Source of the DNA: an uncultured Actinomycetes bacterium
Lineage (GTDB): Bacteria > Actinomycetota > Thermoleophilia > Gaiellales > Gaiellaceae
Direction of reading: 5' to 3'
Assembly: GCA_963826585.1 (NCBI GenBank)
Contig: CAWGXP010000006.1
Coordinates: 11,299-75,298, forward strand
DNA length: 64,000 bases
Part shown: one piece after another, positions 52,512 to 61,744 of the stretch
How positions within the stretch are numbered: position 1 is the first letter of the stretch
Layout: each line of letters begins with the position of its first letter
Notes under the pieces: model-generated
What the model saw: only the letters and a program-made list of their open reading frames with translations
Told to the model about the DNA's origin: nothing
Database searches by the model: none
Position numbers and translations under genes: made by a program

Positions 52512-52942
52512 CTCGCGAGTCGCGCTTCGAGCAGGATCTCGACGTTGCCCTTGAGCGCGCCCGAGACGGGGCAGTTGTCGCGGGCGCCCTCGGCCGCCGC
52601 GACGAACGCCGCCTCGTCGATGCCCGGCACGGTGCCCGTCACGTCGAGCTTCATCTGCGTGATGCCTGTACCGGGGACAAACGTCGACGTGGCCGTGACG
52701 TCGAGCTTGTCGGGCGGGTTACCGGCCTGCGCGAGGCCGTGGGAGAGCGCCATGCAGAAGCACGATGCGTGTGCCGCCGCGATCAGCTCCTCCGGGCTCG
52801 TTCGGCCCGACTCGTCGGGCTCGGAGCGCGAGGCCCACGTCACCTCGAGCCCCCCGATCGCGCCGCTCCCCGTCGATTCGATCAACCCGGAGCCCTCCAT
52901 CAGGCTCCCGCTCCATGTCACGTGCGCAGTTCTCTCAGCCAC
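52508..52942 (-). CDS. osmC: OsmC family peroxiredoxin
   Basis: TSPEELIAAAHASCFCMALS...ARDNCPVSGAL, with two conserved Cys. Confidence 0.88.
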   Translation of the reverse strand: MAERTAHVTWSGSLMEGSGLIESTGSGAIGGLEVTWASRSEPDESGRTSPEELIAAAHASCFCMALSHGLAQAGNPPDKLDVTATSTFVPGTGITQMKLDVTGTVPGIDEAAFVAAAEGARDNCPVSGALKGNVEILLEARLAS

Positions 52943-52999
52943 GTTCCCTCCTCCGACGGGATCGGGGACAGGATGAATCCAGTCCCCGATGCAGATTGA

Positions 53000-53911
53000 C
53001 TAGGCCATCACTTCGACGCGTTCCACGCCGACCGCCGTCTTCTCGTGCTCCAGGACTTCCTCGAGCGCCCGGATCGAGACCTCGAGCTGCTCGAGCGTGG
53101 GCTGGCGCGTCGTCAGCCGCTGGAGCCAGAGCCCCGGGGCGAGCAGCGCCATCACCCAGGTGTTGTGCTGGTGCTTCCCTGCGAACCGGATCACCTCGTA
53201 GGCGAGACCGGCGATCACCGGGAGCATGAGGATGCGGCTCGCGATCAGCCAGTACCAGTGCGGCCGGCCGAACGCCGCGAAGACGAAGATCGCGATCACC
53301 ATCACCCACAGGAGAAACGCCGTCCCGCAGCGTGGGTGGATGAGGCTGAAGCGCTGGACGCGCTCGGGCGTCAGCTCCTCGCCGGCCTCGTAGGCGTTGA
53401 TCGCCTTGTGCTCGGCTGCGTGGTACTGGAACAGCCGCCGGAGATCGGGCAGGAGCGAGATCAGGAACAGGTAGAGGATGAAGATGCTGACGCGGATCAG
53501 CCCCTCGACGACGACGAACGCCTGTGTCGAGCCGAGATCGAGCTGGCTCGTGATCAGCGCCGGGCCGACCTTGAACAGCGCGATCGTGAACCCGATCGCG
53601 ATCGCAAACGCGAAGATCAGCTGGCCGCGGCCGAGCTCGAAGTGCTCCGCGTCCTCGTCGTCCGCGTCCTCGGGCTGCGCGGCGTAGTTCGCCGAGATGG
53701 CGAGCGCGCGAAAGCCGATCGCGAGCGACTCTCCAAGGGCAACGATGCCGCGGATCACCGGCAGCCGGTAGATGCGCCGCTTCGCCATCGGCGACGAGAT
53801 CACGCGGCAGACCTGCGCGATCTCCCCGTCGGGCTTGCGCACGGCCACGGCCCAGTTCCCGGGCGTGCGCATCATCACGCCCTCGAGGACTGCTTGCCCT
53901 CCGACTGTCAT
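53000..53911 (-). CDS. DUF1385 domain-containing membrane protein
   Basis: GGQAVLEGVMMR...YHAAEHKAINAYE...IHPRCGT signature. Confidence 0.85.
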   Translation of the reverse strand: MTVGGQAVLEGVMMRTPGNWAVAVRKPDGEIAQVCRVISSPMAKRRIYRLPVIRGIVALGESLAIGFRALAISANYAAQPEDADDEDAEHFELGRGQLIFAFAIAIGFTIALFKVGPALITSQLDLGSTQAFVVVEGLIRVSIFILYLFLISLLPDLRRLFQYHAAEHKAINAYEAGEELTPERVQRFSLIHPRCGTAFLLWVMVIAIFVFAAFGRPHWYWLIASRILMLPVIAGLAYEVIRFAGKHQHNTWVMALLAPGLWLQRLTTRQPTLEQLEVSIRALEEVLEHEKTAVGVERVEVMA

Positions 53912-53920
53912 GTGAAGGGG

Positions 53921-54127
53921 TTAGCGCTGCGCGCGCTCGAGCCGGCGCTGGAAGCGCTCGACCCGCCCGCCGGTGTCGACGAGCTTCTGCTTCCCGGTGT
54001 AGAAGGGGTGGCACGCAGAGCAGATCTCCACGTGGAGGTCCGGCTTCGTCGACCGGGTGACGAACTCGTTCCCGCACGAGCAACGCACGGTTGCGAGGAC
54101 GTAATCGGGGTGAATGTCAGCTTTCAT
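53921..54127 (-). CDS. rpmE: 50S ribosomal protein L31 (Cys-containing, zinc-type)
   Basis: [27 protein letters not shown]...[26 protein letters not shown]. Confidence 0.95.
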   Translation of the reverse strand: MKADIHPDYVLATVRCSCGNEFVTRSTKPDLHVEICSACHPFYTGKQKLVDTGGRVERFQRRLERAQR

Positions 54128-55067
54128 GGGCCTCGGCGAGGATAGCAGCAGCGACCTTCGGGTCAGCGTTGCCTCCGGACACGATGGCGACCACCGTCTC
54201 GTCCGGGTCGAGCGCGATCTTGCCGGCGAGCAACGCGGCCGTCGACGTCGCGCCGGCTGGCTCGCACGCGAGCTTCGCTCGAGCGTAGAGGAAGCGCATC
54301 GCGTCCTTGATCTCGTCTTCCGTCACGAGCACGACGTCGGAGACGCGGTCACGGACGACCGACAGGGTGTGCTCCCCCGTGAACGGCGCGCCGAGGCCGT
54401 CGGCGATCGAGCGCGGCTGGATCTCGATAGGCCGACCGGCTTCGAGTGCCCGGGCCATCGTCGGCGCGAGCTCGGGCTCGACGCCGACGACACGGCAGCC
54501 CGCCGCCGAGGCGATGCCCGCGATCAGCCCGCCGCCGGCGATCGGGACGACGATCGTCGTCGTCTCCGGTGCGTCCTCGAGGATCTCGAGCGAGATCGCC
54601 CCGTAGCCGGCCTGGAGCACGGGATCGTCGAATGGATGGACGAACGTCGCGCCCGTCTCCTCGACGAACGCGAGCAGACGGTGATGCGCCTCCGCCGGGC
54701 CTTCGGACTCGAGGTCGACGTCGGCCCCGTAGCCGCGGCAGGCGGCGATCTTGATCGGGTTGGCCGTGCGCCACATGAAGACGCGGCAGGCGATCCCCAG
54801 CTCTCGCGCAGAGAACGCGGCGCCGGCCCCCGCGTTGCCCGCCGACCAGGTGACGATGCCGCGCGCCTTCTCGTCGGCCGTGAGCGAGGCAAGCTTCGCG
54901 AGCATGCCGCGGGGCTTGAACGAGCCGGTGCGCTGGAACAGCTCGGCCTTGAGGTAGGCCTCTGCACCGATCCGATCCGCCAGCGCGCGTGACGAGAAGA
55001 GCGGCGTCCGGTGCAGCCGCCCGCCGATCGCCTCGCGCGCGGCGAGGACGTCGTCGTGCGAGATCAC
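54117..55067 (-). CDS. PLP-dependent threonine/serine dehydratase (fold type II)
   Basis: GSFKPRG PLP-lysine motif and GNAGAG. GTG 55067 overlaps the ETF-QO stop (GTGA). The 3' end overlaps rpmE by 11 nt. Confidence 0.85.
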   Translation of the reverse strand: MISHDDVLAAREAIGGRLHRTPLFSSRALADRIGAEAYLKAELFQRTGSFKPRGMLAKLASLTADEKARGIVTWSAGNAGAGAAFSARELGIACRVFMWRTANPIKIAACRGYGADVDLESEGPAEAHHRLLAFVEETGATFVHPFDDPVLQAGYGAISLEILEDAPETTTIVVPIAGGGLIAGIASAAGCRVVGVEPELAPTMARALEAGRPIEIQPRSIADGLGAPFTGEHTLSVVRDRVSDVVLVTEDEIKDAMRFLYARAKLACEPAGATSTAALLAGKIALDPDETVVAIVSGGNADPKVAAAILAEAHES

Positions 55068-56758
55068 GTGAGCGAGTATTCGGGGCCGGCGCCGCCCTCG
55101 GCGGGCGTCAGGCGACCGCCCTTCGCCGTGATCGCGCCGCATTGGACGCAGTTCGACGGCGTCACGATCACCTCGACCTTGCCGGCATCTGCGCGCCCGA
55201 CCTCGTACACCTGCGCCGGGCACATTCGCACCCACATCTCGGCGACCTCCTTCGGCACGCGCGCTGCGATCCGGATGTGGCTCGGGGCGTCGTCTCGTGT
55301 CTTGTTCCCGCTCAGGAAGACCGAGGAGAGCTTGTCGAACGTCAGCGTCCCGTCAGGCGTCGGATAGGACTTCGCACGGTCGGTGCGGATCAGCTCCTGC
55401 TCGGCGTCCGGCTCCGTCTTCAGGCGCTTGCGGGGCACATGGCCGCGCGACATCGTCATCGCGCCGGCGCGCGCGCCGCCGAACCAGAAGCCCTTCGCGA
55501 ACGCCTGGCGCATGTTGCGCACGCGCTCGAGATCCGACGAGACGAAGCTGTCCTTGACCGCGGCGTCGTACGAGGCGAGCGCGCCCGCTCGGCCAACAGC
55601 CTCGCCGGGCTGCAGCGCGCGGACGATCGACTCCGCAGCGAGCATGCCCGTCTCGACGGCGTAGTGGATGCCCTTGAGCGCGGGCACGTTGACGAAGCCC
55701 GCGCCGTCGCCGCAGAGCACTACCCCCGGGGCATGAAGCTGCGCGGGCAAGGAGTAAAAGCCGCCCTCGGGAATCGTCTTCGCGCCCCACGCGATCCGCT
55801 CGCCCCCGGCGAGGATCTTGCGCACGAGCTTGTGCGTCTTCAGCTCCTGGAGCAGATCGTGGACGGACAGCTCGACGTCGCGGTAGTCGAGCCCGACGAC
55901 CATGCCGAGCGTGACCATGTCCTCCCCCATCGGATAGATGAAGGAGCCGCCGAACTCCCGATACTTCGCCCGCCCGCGGAGCGGCCAGCCCATCGTGTGG
56001 ATCACCCGGCGAAGCGGCTTCGGAACCTGCCAGACCTCCTTCACGCCGAGCGCCCACACCTGCGGGTTGACGCCCTCGAGGCCGAAGCGCTCGATCGCGG
56101 CGCCGGTCAGATACCCCTGGGTGCCTTCGGCGAGCACCGTCAACTGCGCCTGGATCTCCGAGCCCGCCTCGAACCGGGGCAGCTGCTCGCCGTCGCGGCC
56201 GCGCCCGCGGTCCGCCGTGCGAACGCCGCTCACCCGTCCGTGGGAGACAAGGAGCTTCTCTGCAGTCGTTTCGGGAAGGACGGCGACACCGAGCCCCTCC
56301 GCCTCCTCCGCGAGCCAGCGCCCGAGCTGCGAGATCGACGCCACGTAGTTGCCGTGGTTCCGCATCGGCGGCGGCGTCGGGATCCGGAGCTTCCGCCTGT
56401 GCGTGAGGTAGTAGACGCGCTCGGAGTCGACGCGCGTAAGAAACGGCATGTCGTCTGTCGTCCTCCGTCCCGCAAACAGGCGCCGCAGCGAGACCGGGTT
56501 GACGACCGCGCCAGAGAGCAGGTGCGCCCCCGGCCGCGAGCCCTTGTCGAGCACCGCCACCGGCACCTCACCGAGCCTCTCGGCGAGCCGCGGCGACTCC
56601 TCGAGCAGCTGGCCGAGGCGAATCGCGCACGCGAGGCCCGCCGGGCCGGCGCCGACGACGAGGACGCCGACGTCGATTCGCTCCTCGGGCGGAGCGGTGG
56701 GCTCGGCGATCGCGTCCGCCGCGCTCAGCGGAGGCGGGTAGTCGGCCGGCCGCGACAT
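55064..56758 (-). CDS. electron-transfer flavoprotein:quinone oxidoreductase (ETF-QO, FixC/FixX-like)
   Basis: VLVVGAGPAGLACA FAD site, and a C-terminal ferredoxin-like CPAQVYE...CVQCG. Confidence 0.9.
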   Translation of the reverse strand: MSRPADYPPPLSAADAIAEPTAPPEERIDVGVLVVGAGPAGLACAIRLGQLLEESPRLAERLGEVPVAVLDKGSRPGAHLLSGAVVNPVSLRRLFAGRRTTDDMPFLTRVDSERVYYLTHRRKLRIPTPPPMRNHGNYVASISQLGRWLAEEAEGLGVAVLPETTAEKLLVSHGRVSGVRTADRGRGRDGEQLPRFEAGSEIQAQLTVLAEGTQGYLTGAAIERFGLEGVNPQVWALGVKEVWQVPKPLRRVIHTMGWPLRGRAKYREFGGSFIYPMGEDMVTLGMVVGLDYRDVELSVHDLLQELKTHKLVRKILAGGERIAWGAKTIPEGGFYSLPAQLHAPGVVLCGDGAGFVNVPALKGIHYAVETGMLAAESIVRALQPGEAVGRAGALASYDAAVKDSFVSSDLERVRNMRQAFAKGFWFGGARAGAMTMSRGHVPRKRLKTEPDAEQELIRTDRAKSYPTPDGTLTFDKLSSVFLSGNKTRDDAPSHIRIAARVPKEVAEMWVRMCPAQVYEVGRADAGKVEVIVTPSNCVQCGAITAKGGRLTPAEGGAGPEYSLT

Positions 56759-57714
56759 CAGCTCTTGCGCGCCCGGACGAGCTCGGTCAGCTTCGGGACG
56801 ATCTGGTTCAGGTCGCCGACGACGCCGATGTCGCAGAACTCGAAGATGGGCGCGTTCGGATCCTTGTTGACGGCGACGATCGTCCCGGACGACTGCATGC
56901 CGACCTTGTGCTGGATCGCGCCCGAGATCCCGCAGGCGACGTAGAGCTTCGGCGAGACCGTCTTCCCCGTCTGGCCGACCTGGGTCGGGTACGGGTACCA
57001 GCCCGCGTCGACGACCGCGCGCGTGGCCGCGACCGCGCCGCCGAGCGCCTTCGCGAGCTCCTCGAGCTGCGCGAAGCCCTCCGGCCCGCCGAGGCCGCGG
57101 CCGCCGGCGACGATCACGTCCGCTTCCTCGATCGACGGCCCGGCCTGCTCCTCGAGATCGTGCCCCGTGAGCGTCGTCGCGGTCGAGAACGGGCGGAGCT
57201 CTGCCGACGCTTCGACGACCTCGCCCGCGGCGCCCGTCTCGGCCGGCTCGAAGCTGCCGGCGCGAAAGAGCGCGATCGCCGGTGACGAGGTCCAGCCGAC
57301 GTCGACGTAGACGCTGTCGCCGAGCGCGGGCCGCACGCCGACGTACGAGCCTCCTTCGTCGCGCACGTCGACGAGGTCCCAGTTGAGCCCCGCGTCGAGC
57401 CGCACGGCGAGGGCCGCAGCGATGTCGGCGGCGAGGACCGACTGCGCAAAGAAGACGGCGTCGTAACCGCCGTCCTTCACGACCGCCTCGATCACGTCGA
57501 CGCGTGGCTGCGGCAGCGGGGCGTCGAGCTCGCCCCCCTCCGCGACGTGAACCCGCGTCGCCCCGTGCTTACCCGCAGCGGCCGCAGCGGCACTGGCGCC
57601 GGCGCCGACGACCACGCCGGCCGCCTCACCGAACGACGCCGCCTTCGCGAGCACGCCGAGCGCGCCCTTCTGCAGCTCGCCGTCATGGTGCTCGAGGAAG
57701 ACCAGGGTTTTCAC
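56758..57714 (-). CDS. etfA: electron transfer flavoprotein alpha subunit
   Basis: 318 aa; VVAGGRGLG...TRAVVDAGW...QVGQTGKTVSPKLYVACGISGAIQH. Confidence 0.93.
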   Translation of the reverse strand: MKTLVFLEHHDGELQKGALGVLAKAASFGEAAGVVVGAGASAAAAAAGKHGATRVHVAEGGELDAPLPQPRVDVIEAVVKDGGYDAVFFAQSVLAADIAAALAVRLDAGLNWDLVDVRDEGGSYVGVRPALGDSVYVDVGWTSSPAIALFRAGSFEPAETGAAGEVVEASAELRPFSTATTLTGHDLEEQAGPSIEEADVIVAGGRGLGGPEGFAQLEELAKALGGAVAATRAVVDAGWYPYPTQVGQTGKTVSPKLYVACGISGAIQHKVGMQSSGTIVAVNKDPNAPIFEFCDIGVVGDLNQIVPKLTELVRARKS

Positions 57715-58490
57715 AGCAGCTTCCTCTCGGCGAGGAACTCGACGATCTTCTCGGCGCCCGAGCCGTCGTCCTCGATCTTCAGCGTGTCGCCGCGGGCGGG
57801 CGGCGCCACGAGGGCGAGCACGGATGTCCGCGCGCCGCCGTCCCCGGCGGCAGCTGCAGTGAGCTCGAGGTCGGTGAGCGCGAGCGTCTCCTGCGGCTTC
57901 GACTTCGCCCCCATGATCCCCTTGAGCGACGGATAGCGCGGCTCGTTGATCGCATCGGAGACGGCGATCACAGCGGGGAGCGGCGCCTCCATGCGGTCGT
58001 AGCCGAACTCAGTCTGGCGCTTCGCCTTCGCGGTGCCGGCGGCGACCGTGAGCTCGGACACCTGTGTGACGAGCGGAAGCTGGAGGCGCTCGGCGACGGC
58101 GGCCGCGAGCACTGCCCCATCGGAGTCGATCGCCTGCTGGCCGAACAACACGAGGTCGGCGCCCTCGCGCTCGAGCGCCTTCGCGAGCACGGCGCTCGTG
58201 CCGACGAGATCGGAGCCCCCGAGCGCGTCGTCGGCGACGAGGACGGCACGGTCGGCGCCCATCGCCAGCCCCTTGCGCAGGGTCTCCGCGGCGCGCTCCG
58301 GGCCCATCGAGACGAGCACGACCTCGGCCTCCTCCCCGCTCTCGCGGATGCGGAGCGCCTCCTCGATCGCGTTCGCGTCGAACGCGTTTAGCCCCGCTTC
58401 GCCGGAGCGGTCGAGCCGCATTGTCTGCGGATCGATCTTCCGCTGGCCCCCGCCCTCCGGCACCTGCTTCACGCACACCGCGATCTTCAT
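57711..58490 (-). CDS. etfB: electron transfer flavoprotein beta subunit
   Basis: MKIAVCVKQVP...NAFDANAIEEALR...DLVLFGQQAID. Confidence 0.93.
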   Translation of the reverse strand: MKIAVCVKQVPEGGGQRKIDPQTMRLDRSGEAGLNAFDANAIEEALRIRESGEEAEVVLVSMGPERAAETLRKGLAMGADRAVLVADDALGGSDLVGTSAVLAKALEREGADLVLFGQQAIDSDGAVLAAAVAERLQLPLVTQVSELTVAAGTAKAKRQTEFGYDRMEAPLPAVIAVSDAINEPRYPSLKGIMGAKSKPQETLALTDLELTAAAAGDGGARTSVLALVAPPARGDTLKIEDDGSGAEKIVEFLAERKLL

Positions 58491-58566
58491 CGGGCAGAGA
58501 CTCTAACGGCGGAGGAAGCGGCAGCCCCTGGTAGGCTGCTGCCCTTCGCGCGTCACACGACGGATC

Positions 58567-59475
58567 GTGGACTACCGCCGGACGACAGCCCGAGGGCTCA
58601 TCATCATCGCCACACTGCTGACCGCAGCAGGTGTCGTGACGTCGACCTCCGCCGCACCGGCCGGCAAGGTGCCGCGTCTGATCTTCCCGATCGTCGGCGC
58701 GGCTGCGTTCTCGAACGACTTCGGCGCCGCGCGCTACAGCGGCACGCACCAGGGCAACGACCTGATGGCGCCGCGACGCACGGTCGCTGTCGCCGCCGAG
58801 CCGGGGAAGATCAAGTTCTGGACGTCGTCCGCACGCGCCGGCTGCATGCTCTATCTCTACGGCGACAGCGGGACGACGTACCTCTACATCCACCTCAACA
58901 ACGACGTCACGAAGGGGAACGACAACCGGGGCAAGTGCGTCTCCGGGATGTCGTACTGGAAGGGCCTGCGAGACGGCGCGCACGTCGAGGCCGGCCAGCC
59001 GGTCGGCTACGTCGGGAACTCCGGCGACGCGGACTCGACCGATCCTCACCTTCACTTCGAGGTGCACCCGGGAGACGGCGGCGCGACCAACCCGTACCCG
59101 TATCTGATGAAGGCGGAGCGGCTGATCTTCGCGACGTCGATGCACACGACCGTGACGCTCACGGTGACGGGGACGGTCACCCACGCGTCGGCCGGAGCGC
59201 TGGTCATCAACGTGACGAACCTCCGCGCCTATCCCGCCGGGACCGTGCTCGACAAGATGCGACGCCCGCTGCAGCTCGCCGTTGCACCGGCAGTCCAGAT
59301 CGACCTTGGTAAGGGCAAGGTCGTAGGTGCGGAGGAGGCGCCGTCGCTGTTCGGCAAGAGCGTCCTCGTGCTCACCGAGCCGACGTTCGCCACGCTCGCC
59401 GCGGCGGCCGTCCGGCCCGGCGCCTACAGCGCCGGCCGCGTCGTCCTGACGAAGACGGCTGTCACCGGCCCCTGA
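58567..59475 (+). CDS. secreted M23 family metallopeptidase with C-terminal beta-rich domain
   Basis: Signal peptide; THQGNDL (HxxxD) and GDADSTDPHLHFEVH (HxH) zinc-site motifs. Confidence 0.85.
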   Translation: MDYRRTTARGLIIIATLLTAAGVVTSTSAAPAGKVPRLIFPIVGAAAFSNDFGAARYSGTHQGNDLMAPRRTVAVAAEPGKIKFWTSSARAGCMLYLYGDSGTTYLYIHLNNDVTKGNDNRGKCVSGMSYWKGLRDGAHVEAGQPVGYVGNSGDADSTDPHLHFEVHPGDGGATNPYPYLMKAERLIFATSMHTTVTLTVTGTVTHASAGALVINVTNLRAYPAGTVLDKMRRPLQLAVAPAVQIDLGKGKVVGAEEAPSLFGKSVLVLTEPTFATLAAAAVRPGAYSAGRVVLTKTAVTGP

Positions 59476-59493
59476 GCCGAAGCTCCGCACAAC

Positions 59494-59559
59494 GAATTCG
59501 GCACTCTTTCGTCACACATTCAGTGCCTGGCACTGAGGTGTTGGAATTCTGTGCCGAAG
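59494..59559. repeat. nested inverted repeats in an AT-richer convergent intergenic region
   Basis: TTCGGCAC (59497-59504) pairs with GTGCCGAA (59551-59558). An inner perfect 7-1-7 palindrome CAGTGCCTGGCACTG lies at 59521-59535. Two GAATTC copies flank it. Confidence 0.45.
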
Positions 59560-59596
59560 CATCCACAGGTCCGGGTGCGGCGGCGAGAGAGAGGCC

Positions 59597-60357
59597 TCAA
59601 CGGCCGGTGAAACGGGGCTCGCGCTTCTCGATGAACGCGCGCATGCCCTCCTGCTGATCCCCGCTCCCGAAGAGCCCGGCGAACGCCTCAGCCTCCGCGC
59701 CGAGGTCGCCGTGGAATGTCCGCGCCATCGTGTCCTTGATCGCCGCGAGCACGAGCGGGCTCTTCGCAGCAAGCGTTCGGGCGAGCTCGAGCGCCTTCTC
59801 CATCAGCTGCTCGGGCGCGAAGACCGCGTTGACGAGCCCGATGCGAAGCGCCTCTTCCGCGCCGACGAGCCGGCCCGTGAGGATCAGCTCCTTCGCGGGG
59901 CCGATGCCGACGACGCGCGGCGAGCCGCTGCGTGCCGCCCCAGCCGGGGATGATCCCGATCGAGACCTCGGGCTGGCCGAGCTTGGCCGTCTCTGCCGCG
60001 TACCGGATGTCGCACGCGAGCGCGAGCTCGCAGCCGCCGCCGAGCGCGAACCCGTTGATCGCCGCGATCGTCGGCTTCGGCATCGTCTCGAGCAGCGACG
60101 CCGTCTCGTGGCCGAGCCGCCCCACGCGAACGGCCTCGTCGCGGCTCATCTCCGCCATCGCCTTGATGTCTGCGCCTGCGACGAACGCCCGCTCGCCGGC
60201 GCCTGTCAGCACGACGACGTGCACGTCTCCGTCCGCGGCGAGCTCCGACGAGCCGGTCGCGAAGCTCCGTCAGCGTCGCCGGTCGAGCGCGTTCATCGCG
60301 TCCGGACGGTCGACCGTGACGACTGCGACGCCGATCGTCGCGCTCGACGCGGATCAC
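59597..60357 (-). pseudogene. enoyl-CoA hydratase (crotonase family), about four frame disruptions
   Basis: [47 protein letters not shown]...[19 protein letters not shown] (ORF 59688..60224), and the C-terminus in ORF 59597..59803. Confidence 0.8.
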
Positions 60358-60752
60358 GCCGTCGGCACGCGCTCGCGGAGGAAGTCGACGATCGCGCCGG
60401 TCGTCGAACCCGGCGTGAAGATCGCCGCCACGCCGAGCTCCTCGAGCTCCTTCGCGTCGTCGCCCGGGATCGTGCCGCCGACGATCACGAGCACGTCGTC
60501 GGCCTCGTTCTCGCGCAGCAGCTCGAGGATCCGCGGCACGAGCGTCATGTGCGCGCCGGAGAGGATCGATATGCCGACCGCGTCCGCGTCCTCCTGGATC
60601 GCCGTCTCGACGATCTGCTCTGGAGTCTGGTGGAGACCCGTGTAGATGACCTCCATGCCCGCGTCGCGCAGCGCGCGCGCGATGATCTTCGCGCCGCGAT
60701 CGTGCCCGTCGAGGCCGGGCTTTGCGATCACTACCCGTATCTTCCGCGTCAC
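60354..60752 (-). CDS. methylmalonyl-CoA mutase B12-binding small subunit
   Basis: GTG 60752. [33 protein letters not shown] contains the DxHxxG cobalamin motif, followed by GISILSGAH. Confidence 0.88.
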   Translation of the reverse strand: MTRKIRVVIAKPGLDGHDRGAKIIARALRDAGMEVIYTGLHQTPEQIVETAIQEDADAVGISILSGAHMTLVPRILELLRENEADDVLVIVGGTIPGDDAKELEELGVAAIFTPGSTTGAIVDFLRERVPTA

Positions 60753-60773
60753 TCGCCGCGTCAGTATAGGAGC

Positions 60774-61502
60774 ATGAAGTTGACCGTCGTGGGGTCGAGT
60801 CCCGCGTGGCCGAACCCCGGCGGCGCCCAGTCCGGCTACCTCGTCGAGGGGCCGGGACGGCTCCTGCTCGACTGCGGCCCGGGCGTGCTCGCGCGGCTGC
60901 GCGAGCTGAACGGCGGCTGGCCGCGCGTCGACTCGGTCGTGATCACGCACTGGCACCTCGACCACTGGGGCGACCTCGTCCCCTGGGTCTGGGGGAACAT
61001 GGTCGGGCCGGGCAAGGGAACGGACCAGCCCGAGCTCTGGCTGCCGCCGCAGGGGCGCGCGCGAATCCGTGACTTCGGGACGCGACTCGGCTGGGAGGAC
61101 ATGTTCGAGTCGACCTTCGAGGTGCGCGACTACGACGAAGCTGTTCCGTTCACGACGGCCGCCGGGCTCGAGGTCGTCGCCATCCGGCTCCCGCACTACA
61201 CGCTGCGGACGTACGGCCTTCGCGTCTCGAACGGCGACCACACGCTTGCGTACTCCGGCGACTCGGGCCCCGACGCGAAGCTCGCGGAGGTCGCGCGTGA
61301 CGCGGATCTCTTCGTCTGCGAGGCGACGCTGCTCCGCGGTGAGCTCGACGGCAGCCCGCGCGGACACCTGTCCGTCGATGAAGCCGTCGAGGCGTTCGAG
61401 GCGTCCGGCGCCAAGCGGCTCCTGCTCACGCACCGCCCGAACGAGCTGCCGGCGCCAGACGGCTGGGAGCTCGCCTACGACGGCCTCCAGATCAGCCTCT
61501 AG
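60774..61502 (+). CDS. MBL-fold metallo-hydrolase
   Basis: ATG 60774 inside track ORF 59730..61502. Contains [13 protein letters not shown] (HxHxDH) and SGDSG. Confidence 0.8.
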   Translation: MKLTVVGSSPAWPNPGGAQSGYLVEGPGRLLLDCGPGVLARLRELNGGWPRVDSVVITHWHLDHWGDLVPWVWGNMVGPGKGTDQPELWLPPQGRARIRDFGTRLGWEDMFESTFEVRDYDEAVPFTTAAGLEVVAIRLPHYTLRTYGLRVSNGDHTLAYSGDSGPDAKLAEVARDADLFVCEATLLRGELDGSPRGHLSVDEAVEAFEASGAKRLLLTHRPNELPAPDGWELAYDGLQISL

Positions 61503-61527
61503 TCGCTGGGTGCTCTAGAGTCCCCGC

Positions 61528-61737
61528 ATGGACTGGGGCGCTGCCGCGAAGTTCGCCCTCCTCGCCGCCGGAGTGATCGCGGCGGCGCTCTGCGCGATCT
61601 TCATCTTCGACGCCGTCTGGGCGCGTGCCGGCTTCGGCGCCGCGGCGATCGTGCTCGCGATCGGCATCTACATCCTGAAGAAGTGGAACGACCGCAACGC
61701 CGCACGCCAGCGCGCGAAGTTCGAGTCGTCGCGCTAG
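61528..61737 (+). CDS. small two-TM membrane protein (69 aa)
   Basis: Two hydrophobic helices and a basic tail [19 protein letters not shown]. Confidence 0.5.
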   Translation: MDWGAAAKFALLAAGVIAAALCAIFIFDAVWARAGFGAAAIVLAIGIYILKKWNDRNAARQRAKFESSR

Positions 61738-61744
61738 CGACGCG

